Of a stretch of 27,052 nt of DNA, positions 8,450-16,973 are shown piece by piece (position 1 is the first letter of the stretch; the number at the start of each line of letters is the position of its first letter). The DNA is taken from IMG/VR virus record IMGVR_UViG_3300045256_000094; one strand, given 5' to 3'. This DNA comes from a virus. A program made the position numbers and the translations under genes. The notes beneath the pieces were generated by a model that had not been told where the DNA came from, searched no databases, and saw only the letters and a list, made by a program, of their open reading frames with translations.

Positions 8450-9573
8450 CCCCGGAATACCATGCCCAGCATTGACCAGTCAACGTCCGAGGCAGCCAGG
8501 AGTTCTCGAACAGTTCGCACCCTGACAGTTGTGCGTTCCGTGTCTTCCGTTACACCAAATGTAGCAGAAAAGGACAGGTTGTCAAACTCGCCCTGCGTCA
8601 GTTCCAGGCCATAAACGAATGCGTGCTGGGCAAGCATCGTCGCCGCAAGCTGTCGCCCACCTAACGGCACCAGTCGCTCCGGGTCAACCTCGATGCCAGT
8701 CTCTTCGGCAAGCTCGGCCACGGCGATCTCTCGTAGATTCGCCGCAAGGTTCCAGCTTGAGCCGCCGGGCAACTCCACGACGTAACACTCCGGGTTTCGC
8801 ACTGCCGTTCTGAACTCCCGGACGAGGACGACTTTCGTGTCCAAAAAATCCTCCGCAGGGAGGTAGGCCACCACGTTCACCGTATCCGGCCGGAACACCA
8901 CGAACTCGTTCTCTTTGAATCGGTTCTCGGCGGCGATGTAAACCTTCGCCCATAAAACGAAAGAGTGTGGCTTACCCTTTACGTCCCAGCGGAACAACAC
9001 CTTAGCGTCGTGTAACTCGTTGCCCTGTTGCCGGTGCCAAGCATACCAGTCTTGGAACGGGTGGGACTTCCAAATCTCGGCCTGGATGTACCGCTCTGCC
9101 CCGGTGCGTAGCTCCCCGTCGCCGATCTGGGCGATGGCGTCCTTACATAAAGCCGTCAGGTCTTCGTGCGGCTCGCCGTACTGGCGGTCCCGGTACAGCC
9201 ACTTCAGATAGGTGTTCTTCTTGGCACCCGGCGGGGCACCGAACACCACTTTCCGAGAGTCGATCCAGGTGCCGAACTCGACGTTCGTCGTGAAGGCGGG
9301 CATCGTCTGGAGTTCCCGTGGAACCCAGAATAGGATCACGTCCGCCATCGTCAGGTGTTTCTTTTCCCACTCCACCTGGAGGTTGTAGTCGTGCGGCTTG
9401 CCGGTCGAGTATTCGGGAACGAAGACCACACCCTCGAAGCCGAGTTGTTCGAGGATGCGGAGAGCTTCGGGACGCCAGGACGGGACATCGGCAGAGCGTG
9501 GCGTCGGACCGGCGAGGAAGATGGATTTAGTGAAGCTGGGCGGGGCTTCTTGGTCTGAGTATACAACTTGCAT
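8377..9573 (-). CDS. Fusion of a nucleoside 2-deoxyribosyltransferase-like N-domain and a C-terminal Nudix hydrolase
   Basis: N-terminal half: IFLAGPTPR...VVFVPE...DVILFWVPRE...TNVEFGTW, a deoxyribosyltransferase/LOG-like fold signature. C-terminal half: LVREFR...VVELPGGS...IAVAELAEETGIEV, a Nudix box. Its ATG overlaps the stop of the upstream gene (TAATG). Confidence 0.65.
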   Translation of the reverse strand: MQVVYSDQEAPPSFTKSIFLAGPTPRSADVPSWRPEALRILEQLGFEGVVFVPEYSTGKPHDYNLQVEWEKKHLTMADVILFWVPRELQTMPAFTTNVEFGTWIDSRKVVFGAPPGAKKNTYLKWLYRDRQYGEPHEDLTALCKDAIAQIGDGELRTGAERYIQAEIWKSHPFQDWYAWHRQQGNELHDAKVLFRWDVKGKPHSFVLWAKVYIAAENRFKENEFVVFRPDTVNVVAYLPAEDFLDTKVVLVREFRTAVRNPECYVVELPGGSSWNLAANLREIAVAELAEETGIEVDPERLVPLGGRQLAATMLAQHAFVYGLELTQGEFDNLSFSATFGVTEDTERTTVRVRTVRELLAASDVDWSMLGMVFRGCSGCTWTHHQDKARPLTGSDTSS

Positions 9574-9809
9574 TATTCTGGCTTTACGATAATGGCGTTC
9601 TTCAGGCGATAGCCCGCCGGGAGCTTCGGCTTGATGCTCTCCTGGGCCATCTGCTTGATGTAGAACGAACTACACGAACCCATGATAAGGATTTCGTCGC
9701 AGTTCTTCAATACCGCAAGCCCTCTGACTCTGTTCTGGGTGCCCGCTTGGATGGCCTTCACGAGTTCGTCTTCGGGCGGAAGAGGAGCGTAGCCCTCCAA
9801 TGGTTCCAT
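9573..9809 (-). CDS. Hypothetical protein (78 aa)
   Basis: AAGGAAG Shine-Dalgarno 4 nt upstream. Confidence 0.5.
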   Translation of the reverse strand: MEPLEGYAPLPPEDELVKAIQAGTQNRVRGLAVLKNCDEILIMGSCSSFYIKQMAQESIKPKLPAGYRLKNAIIVKPE

Positions 9810-9824
9810 ATACTTCCTTTTTGT

Positions 9825-10112
9825 TTAGAAACCGTACTCCCGCCAGTTCGCATGAGGGGGTTCGGCACTGTGGATGTTGCAATTCGGGAAGTAGACTGCG
9901 GCTGTGCCTACATTGCCCGAGATACGGAGAACGAGCAGGTTGCAGTTCTCGTGGGGTCGTACCGACTGGATTTTGTACGGACCGTTACCGGCAGCGGCCT
10001 CCACGAGAGGTTGCAGTCTGCCGGTAACGGTGACGTAGTTGCCGACTTCAGGCTGGACACAATCCATACCGCAGTTCTCCCCACTGGTCGTGGATGCCTT
10101 CACTAAGGGCAT
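9825..10112 (-). CDS. Hypothetical protein (95 aa)
   Basis: ORF with no clear Shine-Dalgarno. It overlaps the 3-prime end of the next ORF. Confidence 0.35.
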   Translation of the reverse strand: MPLVKASTTSGENCGMDCVQPEVGNYVTVTGRLQPLVEAAAGNGPYKIQSVRPHENCNLLVLRISGNVGTAAVYFPNCNIHSAEPPHANWREYGF

Positions 10113-10275
10113 CCGGCGGCGTATTGCCGATTAGGGACAGAACCGAGTAAGCCAGTCCTTCGAGCCGTTCAGTACGGCTGCCGACTCGGGCGTCCCTATC
10201 CCAGAAGTCCACGAGTTCCGAAACCTTGTTCAGAAACTCCGTCCGTGCGTCGTCGGCATTGGCGGGCGATGCCAT
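10048..10275 (-). CDS. Hypothetical protein (75 aa)
   Basis: GAGGT Shine-Dalgarno. Its start lies 3 nt after the upstream stop. Confidence 0.4.
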   Translation of the reverse strand: MASPANADDARTEFLNKVSELVDFWDRDARVGSRTERLEGLAYSVLSLIGNTPPDALSEGIHDQWGELRYGLCPA

Positions 10276-10278
10276 GCG

Positions 10279-11016
10279 TTACCTCGCACATTTGTCGCAG
10301 ACTGCGTTCTGGTTCCGCAGGTCCGCAAGGTGTTGACCATTCCTGTCCACAGCGTAGCACCAAGCTCCGTGATGGACCCCAGAAGTCGTGTACAACGTCG
10401 TCCGGTTCTTACACCGCTTGCTCTCGTTCTGGCAGGTAATCCGCCAGCGAACGGCAAACACGCCGTTCGGCAACTTCACCAGTGTACCACTGTCTCCGAA
10501 AATGTCATGCGAAACCCGGAAGCCGATGTAAGCGTCCAGGGTTTGCTTCGCCGCCGTGATCGAGTCCAGGTCGTTCGTCGTCACCCGGTTGTTGTTAATC
10601 ACGTTGATCCCGGCACTGTTGATGAACCCCTTCGCCGCCTCGGGGTAGATCAACTCCAGGTTCAGTCTCACCCGCTCCATCCGCAGCGGCTCCCAGAGCT
10701 TCATCATGCGGCGGATGCGTGCGGCGTTCGGACTCTCCGTCCATCCTTTCATCCGGTCAAAGAAGAACGGTTCCTGGCCCGCCTTCTCGAACAGACGCCC
10801 GCCCTTGAGCTTCAGCCGCTCCCGGTAGTACAACGCCCGACCCAACTGGTCGTCTGGCGGCAGGTCGGCACACGGCTCCCAGAGCGTGAAGATGGTCCGG
10901 TTGTCGAACACCACCTTCGAGGCGACGTTGGCCCCGAGCGGTGTCAGTTCGATGCTCTCCGGGTCGTACCAGGGGTGCGACTCGATGGTCAAGTCGCCCA
11001 CACGCTTGTGTGCCAT
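10279..11016 (-). CDS. Hypothetical protein with a C-terminal Cys cluster
   Basis: 245 aa. TAATG overlap with the upstream ORF. Confidence 0.55.
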   Translation of the reverse strand: MAHKRVGDLTIESHPWYDPESIELTPLGANVASKVVFDNRTIFTLWEPCADLPPDDQLGRALYYRERLKLKGGRLFEKAGQEPFFFDRMKGWTESPNAARIRRMMKLWEPLRMERVRLNLELIYPEAAKGFINSAGINVINNNRVTTNDLDSITAAKQTLDAYIGFRVSHDIFGDSGTLVKLPNGVFAVRWRITCQNESKRCKNRTTLYTTSGVHHGAWCYAVDRNGQHLADLRNQNAVCDKCAR

Positions 11017-11581
11017 TACAGTAGCTCCGTAGCGAGTTGGCGGTAGTCGGCGTGAATCTTTTCGGCGGTTGCCGCCCCGAAACGATTCAAGATGTCGATG
11101 TCTCGCTCTTTGACGAGGGTGGTCAGCCCCCTCGCACGGTTCAGGTACTTCGCAGCGTAGCGACGGTCCGTCACGGCGAAGTCCTTCACGTTACGGTAGC
11201 GGTCGGCCAGCTTCAGGACGACCACTTCAATCGGCTTGTCCTTGTACTCAGTCAAGTGGGCTTCCTTCGCCGCCTGATAGTCCTTCGGCAGTGTTCGTCA
11301 GGCAGCCGGTCCCGGAAGGTCAGCATCTCGACCCACCCGGCGACCTTCTCGCCGTACTTGAGCTTGATGCCTGCGACGGTCATCCCGGCGTCCTCCACGG
11401 TGTCGTGGAGCATCGCCGCAGCCCACAGTTCCGGCTCTTGTTCCCGAGAAATCTGCCACAGAGCCAGTTGCTCGGCCACCCCGAGGACGTGGATCATGTA
11501 CGGGACTTGGGTGCCCTTTCGCACCTGTTCCCCGTGCAGCATCACGGCGTCCATGTAGGCTTTGTGGACAATATCGCTCAT
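11016..11581 (-). pseudogene. Rel/SpoT-type HD-domain (p)ppGpp hydrolase (small alarmone hydrolase) interrupted by a frame change
   Basis: The 5-prime ORF (11252-11581) carries the HD signature: PYMIHVLGVAEQLA...AAAMLHDTVEDAG...YGEKVAGWVEMLTFRD. The 3-prime ORF (11016-11255) carries the downstream conserved block, KEAHLTEYKDKPIEVVVLKLADRYRNV. This is in another frame, minus one relative to the first, with the switch near 11290-11300. The two halves together give about 188 aa, the normal length for this family. Confidence 0.6.
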
Positions 11582-11600
11582 CTCGGCTCCTTTTTGGTTC

Positions 11601-11635
11601 CGCCTCTATTCTACTAGAAGTAGAGGGTTTGTAAA
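11601..11635 (-). promoter_or_regulatory. Putative sigma70-like promoter for the hydrolase gene, with a 15 bp palindrome
   Basis: On the minus strand: TTTACA (-35), 16 nt spacer, TAGAAT (-10), then an AAAGGAG Shine-Dalgarno. An inverted repeat, TCTACT-aga-AGTAGA (11610-11624), sits in the spacer. Confidence 0.3.
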
Positions 11636-11637
11636 AT

Positions 11638-12399
11638 ATGATCCACGCTAAAAAGGACAACTACCAGGGGGTCAACTGGTATCACTGCTTCAAGTTCCCG
11701 GACGGCTCCGAAACGCACGGGCACGACCGGCCGACTGCGGAGAAGGTGTCAGCCATTTTCGACCCAATCGACATCAAAGGCAAGACCGTTCTGGACATTT
11801 GCGCCTGGGACGGCTACTACTCGTTTGAGGCGGAAAGGCGTGGGGCTAAAGCGGTTGTGGCGAACGACCACTACTGTTGGAGCGGACCGGGTTGGGGGAC
11901 AAAGCGTGGATTTGAACTGGCCCGTGAACTTTACGGGTCGAAAGTCCTCGACTACGAATGCGAACTGATGAAAATCGACCCGAACAACGTCGGTCAGTTC
12001 GACGTTGTTCTCTTCCTCGGCGTCCTGTACCACCGGATCGAGGGCTTCCGCTGCCTGGAAATCTGCACCAACGTCTGCAAGGACATGCTGGTGGTGGAAA
12101 CCCTCACGCTCAACAGCGAAGATTGTGTTATTGAATACCTGCCGTCGGACCACATCTACGGGGATTACACCAACCAGATAGCCCCGACAACCAGGGCTGT
12201 TGTAGAATGTCTGTTAAGGTGTAACTTCCGAATGGTGTCATACAACCACTACGCTAAGGTCAGCGAGAGGTATAACAGAACTGTCTTCCACGCCCGGCTC
12301 AGTAAAGCAGTGTTGGTCGAACACGAACCCCCGGCACCGTTTCGGCAATTTGCAGGAGTCTGTCAGACGCCACGTTTATTTTGGCAGCATCGGCCTTAA
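11638..12399 (+). CDS. Class I SAM-dependent methyltransferase, CmoB/DUF1698-like
   Basis: GVNWYHCFKFPDGSETHG, VLDICAWDGYYS (motif I), FDVVLFLGVLYHR and LVVETLTLNSEDCVIEY align by eye to E. coli CmoB: WRKGPF...GVNIDTEW, ILDVGCGSGYH, GVLYHR, LVLETLVIDGDENTVL. Confidence 0.65.
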   Translation: MIHAKKDNYQGVNWYHCFKFPDGSETHGHDRPTAEKVSAIFDPIDIKGKTVLDICAWDGYYSFEAERRGAKAVVANDHYCWSGPGWGTKRGFELARELYGSKVLDYECELMKIDPNNVGQFDVVLFLGVLYHRIEGFRCLEICTNVCKDMLVVETLTLNSEDCVIEYLPSDHIYGDYTNQIAPTTRAVVECLLRCNFRMVSYNHYAKVSERYNRTVFHARLSKAVLVEHEPPAPFRQFAGVCQTPRLFWQHRP

Positions 12400-13441
12400 T
12401 GCGGTCCACCGAAATCTGAACCAATTCCGGTTTGTCGAAGTCTAGGTCAAGCTTCCGCAGGAAGTTCACCTTGATCGGGTACTTCGTGGACGCATCCTCG
12501 ATCTTCTTCTGGGCGTCACGGAACAACTCAACGTTGAAGTTATCCAATGTGATGAGCGGCACGTTGCAGGTCGGATTGAACTCCACTTCATCCATACCCA
12601 ACTCAGCCGCAATCCTCACCATATCAACAACCTCGTGAATGTTAAGTAGGTTGATGTTATTGTGAACACGAGCCACCTGACTCGGGGTACGCTTCTCGTT
12701 ATACTTCTTAGCCTGTTGCATGATCTTCTCAAACAACGGCAAGCGGCGGATCAGCTTATACGTCTCCGGTGTGGCGGCGTCCAGCGAGAACGTGAGACTA
12801 CTCTTGGGGTATTCCAAGAACCGCTCAATGCGGCTATCGGTTAACACCGTGCCGTTGGTGGTTGTACTGATGGCAACCCGGTCCTTGCGTTCATCTATAC
12901 CGAGCCACGTTGCGATTTGGAATAGCTTGTCTTTCCAGAACGCCTCGGCTACTCCCTGGATGTGAACAAGATTGAAATTGAAGGCATAGGGCTTCAACCG
13001 CCTGCACACTTCCTGCAACTTATCCTTCTGGCTCTCGAATCGTAGATTACGTTCGCACATCACGCAAGCCGGGTTCTTCTCCGTCGGCTTGAGTCCGCCG
13101 ATGTTGCAGTGTTGAGACGGCAAGTCAATCTCCAACTCCGTCGGTACGGCCCGGACATTGTATTCTTTAGCTTGTGCCGCAAGTTCGTCCGCCTTCATGT
13201 GTGCGAACGGGCAGCACTTCAACATAGAGCATGTCGAGTGCAACTTGTTATTCAAAGTATCCCGGCGAATCTCATTAGCCAAATCACTGTTCCAGATATC
13301 CTCGAATGTATCCTTTAACAGATTACCCAGACACTTACGTTCTTGGAAGCAGCAAAAAGTTACATCGCCTTCGCAGGTTACTTTAATGCGGGTAAACGGC
13401 AAGGCACAGAACGTCTTCACCGGGTAGTATTCATGAATCAT
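12299..13441 (-). CDS. Atypical radical-SAM enzyme, paralog 1
   Basis: N-terminal Cys-rich module: FCALPF...TCEGDVTFCCFQ...CLGN...IWNSDLA...C...CCPF. Core motifs: HCNIGGLKPTEKNPACVMC (Cx13Cx2C), GVAEPFWK (glycine-rich), ISTTTNGT, FSLDAATPETY. Confidence 0.7.
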   Translation of the reverse strand: MIHEYYPVKTFCALPFTRIKVTCEGDVTFCCFQERKCLGNLLKDTFEDIWNSDLANEIRRDTLNNKLHSTCSMLKCCPFAHMKADELAAQAKEYNVRAVPTELEIDLPSQHCNIGGLKPTEKNPACVMCERNLRFESQKDKLQEVCRRLKPYAFNFNLVHIQGVAEAFWKDKLFQIATWLGIDERKDRVAISTTTNGTVLTDSRIERFLEYPKSSLTFSLDAATPETYKLIRRLPLFEKIMQQAKKYNEKRTPSQVARVHNNINLLNIHEVVDMVRIAAELGMDEVEFNPTCNVPLITLDNFNVELFRDAQKKIEDASTKYPIKVNFLRKLDLDFDKPELVQISVDRIKADAAKINVASDRLLQIAETVPGVRVRPTLLY

Positions 13442-14555
13442 TCTTCACCTTGATCTGTAGTTGTACGAGTTCTTGCGACGGGGCAAGTTCCTGGCCGACT
13501 GGCGGCGGCAGCCGATCAAACGGCTTGGAGTAGAACAGCGGCACCCCCAACTGCTGTGCCCGGTGCATCGCCTTCTCCGAGTTCTCTTTGAATATCTTGA
13601 GGTTGCGTGGGTTCAACAACAAGTCATTCATATGAACCCGGCCACACTGGTCATGAGTCGGCAACATGATGACTTTATCTACTCGCAGTTCAGCCGCCGT
13701 CTCCACCATCTTTACCATCTCGTGTACGTTAATCAGGTTGATGTTATTGTAGATGATAGCTTGGTGACGCTGCGAGCCGCCGTTGCGATCCCGGAGCATC
13801 ATGTAATATCTCATGTTCCTGACGACAAGGTTATAGGCGTCAATTCGCCTGATCTTCTGGTACGTCTCCGGGCTGCCTGCGTCCACCGAGAACTGCATGT
13901 CGGACTCCATTACCTCGTCGAAGTACCGCTCGATGATCTTCTCCGTGAGGCAGGTGACGTTGGTGTTCGTAGTGAAACGGATGTGGTGTTTGTGTTCGGC
14001 GAACCCCACGAGATCAAACACCCGGAACACGGCATCCTTCCAGAACGGTTCGGCCACCCCCAGCACGCACAGGTGCTTCAAGTACGGCATGAGCGGCTTC
14101 GCCTTCTCGCAGAGCGTGTCGGTGATCGGCGGCTGTTTGTGGAAGTCGTAGTTCCGGCAGCACATGATGCAGGCCGGGTTGTCGTCGCCTGGGTCTTCCC
14201 CGCCGATGTTGCAGTGGGTGTTGGGCAGGCAGATTTCCAGGTAAGTCGGGTAATCGTGGTTCTTGTAGCTGCGGAACTCCTCCGGCTCCAAGTCCTTCAC
14301 CAAGTACGGGCAGGTGTTCCAACTCTTGCAGACCGGGTGCATCTGGTTCTGGAGGGTCTGTGAGCGAATATCCTTAGCCAACTCACTGTTCCATAACTCC
14401 ATTACTGTCGTATCCCCGAGGATGTTCCCTAGCTGTGTAAGCTGGTAGCAACACATGGACACGTCGCCCCAGCCGTTGAGGATCAACTTGGTGAAGGGCA
14501 ACGAGCAGAAAGCCTTGTGTGTTCTTTCCGGGATTTCGGAAGTGCGATGGAGCAT
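13431..14555 (-). CDS. Atypical radical-SAM enzyme, paralog 2
   Basis: Same architecture as paralog 1: AFCSLPF...SMCCYQ...LGN; HCNIGGEDPGDDNPACIMCC; GVAEPFWK; TTNTNVT; FSVDAGSPETY. Overlaps paralog 1 by 11 nt. Confidence 0.7.
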   Translation of the reverse strand: MLHRTSEIPERTHKAFCSLPFTKLILNGWGDVSMCCYQLTQLGNILGDTTVMELWNSELAKDIRSQTLQNQMHPVCKSWNTCPYLVKDLEPEEFRSYKNHDYPTYLEICLPNTHCNIGGEDPGDDNPACIMCCRNYDFHKQPPITDTLCEKAKPLMPYLKHLCVLGVAEPFWKDAVFRVFDLVGFAEHKHHIRFTTNTNVTCLTEKIIERYFDEVMESDMQFSVDAGSPETYQKIRRIDAYNLVVRNMRYYMMLRDRNGGSQRHQAIIYNNINLINVHEMVKMVETAAELRVDKVIMLPTHDQCGRVHMNDLLLNPRNLKIFKENSEKAMHRAQQLGVPLFYSKPFDRLPPPVGQELAPSQELVQLQIKVKNDS

Positions 14556-14567
14556 AGAGGTATTTAC

Positions 14568-15299
14568 ATGGCCCCGAGGAAAAAGTTAACTAAGGAACAA
14601 TGGGCAGAGCGATTTGCCGACGCCAAGCACGGCCACGTCCTCTGGGACGGCTGGGCCTCCGACCCGTACAACCCCGAACACGCCTACACGTCGAGCCACC
14701 AGTTCTACAACCACGCCAAGCGGCACGGCTTCTTCAAAACCGGCAGCAGCGTCCTCGACCTGGGCTGCGGCAACGGCCGGGTGCCCATCGCCCTGACCGA
14801 GCATTACGTCAAGTACGTCGGGGTTGACCCGGTTCAAAAGAGTATCGACTTCTGCAAGAAGGCGTTCGCCGATTGGCCCGACTTCCAGTTCATCTTCATG
14901 GACATCAAGAACGAGTCGTTTAACCCGGAGGGGGCCATTGACCCCGCCGCCCTGACGTTGCCCTTCCCTGACGGCCACTTCGATAACGTAATCTGCTACT
15001 CCGTGTTCACACACCTACAGGAGATCACCGTCGCCACCCGGTACATCATTGAAATCCTGCGTGTACTGAAGGAAGGCGGCAAGCTGTTCACGTCCTGGTA
15101 TCGCTGCCCGCCCAACCCCCTCGACAAGTTCGTGGGCAGGACGGTGTTCTTGGAGCGTGACATCCTGAACCTGCTCCAAGACTTCTACTTCAACGAGACG
15201 TATGGCGGGACGACCCCGCAGTATTACGACCAGTGGGCATTGTTCTGTACGAAGGGAAAGCTGCAATCAGAGAGTGATCTGCACGAGTTGGTCAGCTAG
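14568..15299 (+). CDS. Class I SAM-dependent methyltransferase
   Basis: VLDLGCGNGRV (motif I), FDNVICYSVFTHL (motif II), LKEGGKL (motif III). Alternative starts lie at 14517 and 14547, both of which would overlap the divergent radical-SAM gene start. Confidence 0.7.
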   Translation: MAPRKKLTKEQWAERFADAKHGHVLWDGWASDPYNPEHAYTSSHQFYNHAKRHGFFKTGSSVLDLGCGNGRVPIALTEHYVKYVGVDPVQKSIDFCKKAFADWPDFQFIFMDIKNESFNPEGAIDPAALTLPFPDGHFDNVICYSVFTHLQEITVATRYIIEILRVLKEGGKLFTSWYRCPPNPLDKFVGRTVFLERDILNLLQDFYFNETYGGTTPQYYDQWALFCTKGKLQSESDLHELVS

Positions 15300-16310
15300 T
15301 CCCATGTCGAGCGGCCGGATGAAGTTGTACGGCACGTTCAACTTCTGACACTCGGCAATGATGTCCTGCTGGGCCTTTTTGAACAACCCGCAGTTCTGTT
15401 CGTTCACCAGGATCGGCGTGTTGAAGCCGTCCGTCGGATTGAACTCAATGTACTCCACGTTCGCCTTGTGGGCGATGCGCACCATCCCAACAACTTCGTG
15501 TACGTTGTGTATGTTGATGTTGTTGTGAATGCGGAGGAACTGGCGTGCCCTCACCCGTTCCTTCGAGAAGGCGTACAGGTTCTCCAGAATCTTGTCGAAC
15601 AGCGGCAGGATTCTGATCTTCTTGAACGTCTCCGGTGTGGCTGCGTCGATGGAGAAGTTCGTGATGCTCCGGGGCACCCGCCGCAGGTATTCCTCCCGGA
15701 CGTGTTTGTGGAACAGGGTGCCGTTGGTCGTCGTGCTGATCGTGATCTGGTGCTTGTACTTGTCGAATTCCAGAATGTCCAGCATCTCGAACAGCAGGTT
15801 CTTGTAGAACGGCTCGGCAATGCCCTGGATGTGAATCTGGTGCAGGTTCGGGATCACATGCTTGATCCGGGCCAGCACTTCCTTCAGGTGATCCTTCTCC
15901 GGCTTGAAGAACGGGGCGGACCGCTCGCACATGATGCAGGCCGGGTGTGCGGGGCCGGGGTTCTCCAGGCCGATGTTGCAGTGGGTGTTCGGCAGGTCGA
16001 TCTCAAGGAACGTCGGATACTCGTTGTAGATGACCTGGACGGGCGGGCCGGGGTTCTTCATCAAGGCAAACGGACACCCCGGCACCTTGCACTTCTTGTG
16101 CAACCTGCCTTCGAGGGTGTCCGTGCGGATGGCCTCGGCCTCTTCGCCGAACCAGATGTCATCGAACGGTTTTTCGAGAACGTTGCCGATGTAGGCGTCG
16201 GACTCTGCCGCCAGCGGGTCAACCCGCTGGAAGCAGCACATGGCACAGTTGCCCTCGGCTGTCACTCGAAGGCGGTTGAATGGGTACTGACAGAACGCTT
16301 GGACTTCCAT
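15267..16310 (-). CDS. Atypical radical-SAM enzyme, paralog 3
   Basis: AFCQYPF...AMCCFQ...IGN; HCNIGLENPGPAHPACIMC (Cx13Cx2C); GIAEPFYK; ISTTTNGT; FSIDAATPETF. Confidence 0.7.
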   Translation of the reverse strand: MEVQAFCQYPFNRLRVTAEGNCAMCCFQRVDPLAAESDAYIGNVLEKPFDDIWFGEEAEAIRTDTLEGRLHKKCKVPGCPFALMKNPGPPVQVIYNEYPTFLEIDLPNTHCNIGLENPGPAHPACIMCERSAPFFKPEKDHLKEVLARIKHVIPNLHQIHIQGIAEPFYKNLLFEMLDILEFDKYKHQITISTTTNGTLFHKHVREEYLRRVPRSITNFSIDAATPETFKKIRILPLFDKILENLYAFSKERVRARQFLRIHNNINIHNVHEVVGMVRIAHKANVEYIEFNPTDGFNTPILVNEQNCGLFKKAQQDIIAECQKLNVPYNFIRPLDMGLADQLVQITL

Positions 16311-16316
16311 GACCTA

Positions 16317-16973
16317 TTATAGATCGAGATCGAGATACTTCTGCTTCAGGAAACCGTAGTTCCGGTCCGCACAGATGCAGACGTACCGAGTCCCGTCCAG
16401 CGTGAAGTCGAAGTCCTTGTGGTAGTGGCCGAAGACGTAGAGCTTCGGGCGGTGGTGGCAGAACATGGCGTCGAGCATCTGGTTGGTCCGGGTCTTGATT
16501 AACGACTCGGAGTAGCCCATGCTCTTAGCGAACGCCGGATTCAGCCCCAGGGCTTGCAGGATGTGCAGCGGCCCCTCGTGCGACAGCAGGATGTCGGGCT
16601 TGTACTCGGCGTAGGCGGCGACGGCTTCGTTGCACCGCTCCATGCTCAGTTCTTCCTCTTCCCACCAGTCCACGCCGACGGAGCGGTACATGTGGTCGAT
16701 TGACCACGCACCCCGGACGAAGAACATCTTCTCCTTCAGTTCGGGAATATGCGTGATGGGACCGAAGTCACCCAGGCAGTAGGGCGACTGGTTGATCTCG
16801 TCGTAGTTGTCGTGGTTCCCGCCGAAGAAGCGGTGCCGAGCGAGATCGAGCTTGTACAGCCAGTTGTACCGGAAACCGTAGTCCCCGATCTGGATGGAGT
16901 AATCCGCCTCGCCCGCCAGTGTCAGATGGTGGTCGGCCTGCCCGTGGATGTCGCCGATCAGCCGGAGTTTCAC
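16317..16973 (-). CDS. Calcineurin-like metallophosphoesterase
   Basis: GDIHG, GNHD and GHYH motifs. Lies 6 nt downstream of radical-SAM paralog 3. Confidence 0.7.
   Translation of the reverse strand: MKLRLIGDIHGQADHHLTLAGEADYSIQIGDYGFRYNWLYKLDLARHRFFGGNHDNYDEINQSPYCLGDFGPITHIPELKEKMFFVRGAWSIDHMYRSVGVDWWEEEELSMERCNEAVAAYAEYKPDILLSHEGPLHILQALGLNPAFAKSMGYSESLIKTRTNQMLDAMFCHHRPKLYVFGHYHKDFDFTLDGTRYVCICADRNYGFLKQKYLDLDL

Noticed and set aside
11298-11660. 120 aa Arg/Gly-rich minus-strand ORF overlapping the hydrolase gene
   Set aside because: It is an alternative frame of the HD-domain gene. Its Arg-rich composition is typical of off-frame GC-rich artefacts.
16318-16332. Tandem GATCGA GATCGA repeat
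   Set aside because: It encodes the C-terminal DLDL of the phosphoesterase. It is too short and isolated to be a repeat element.
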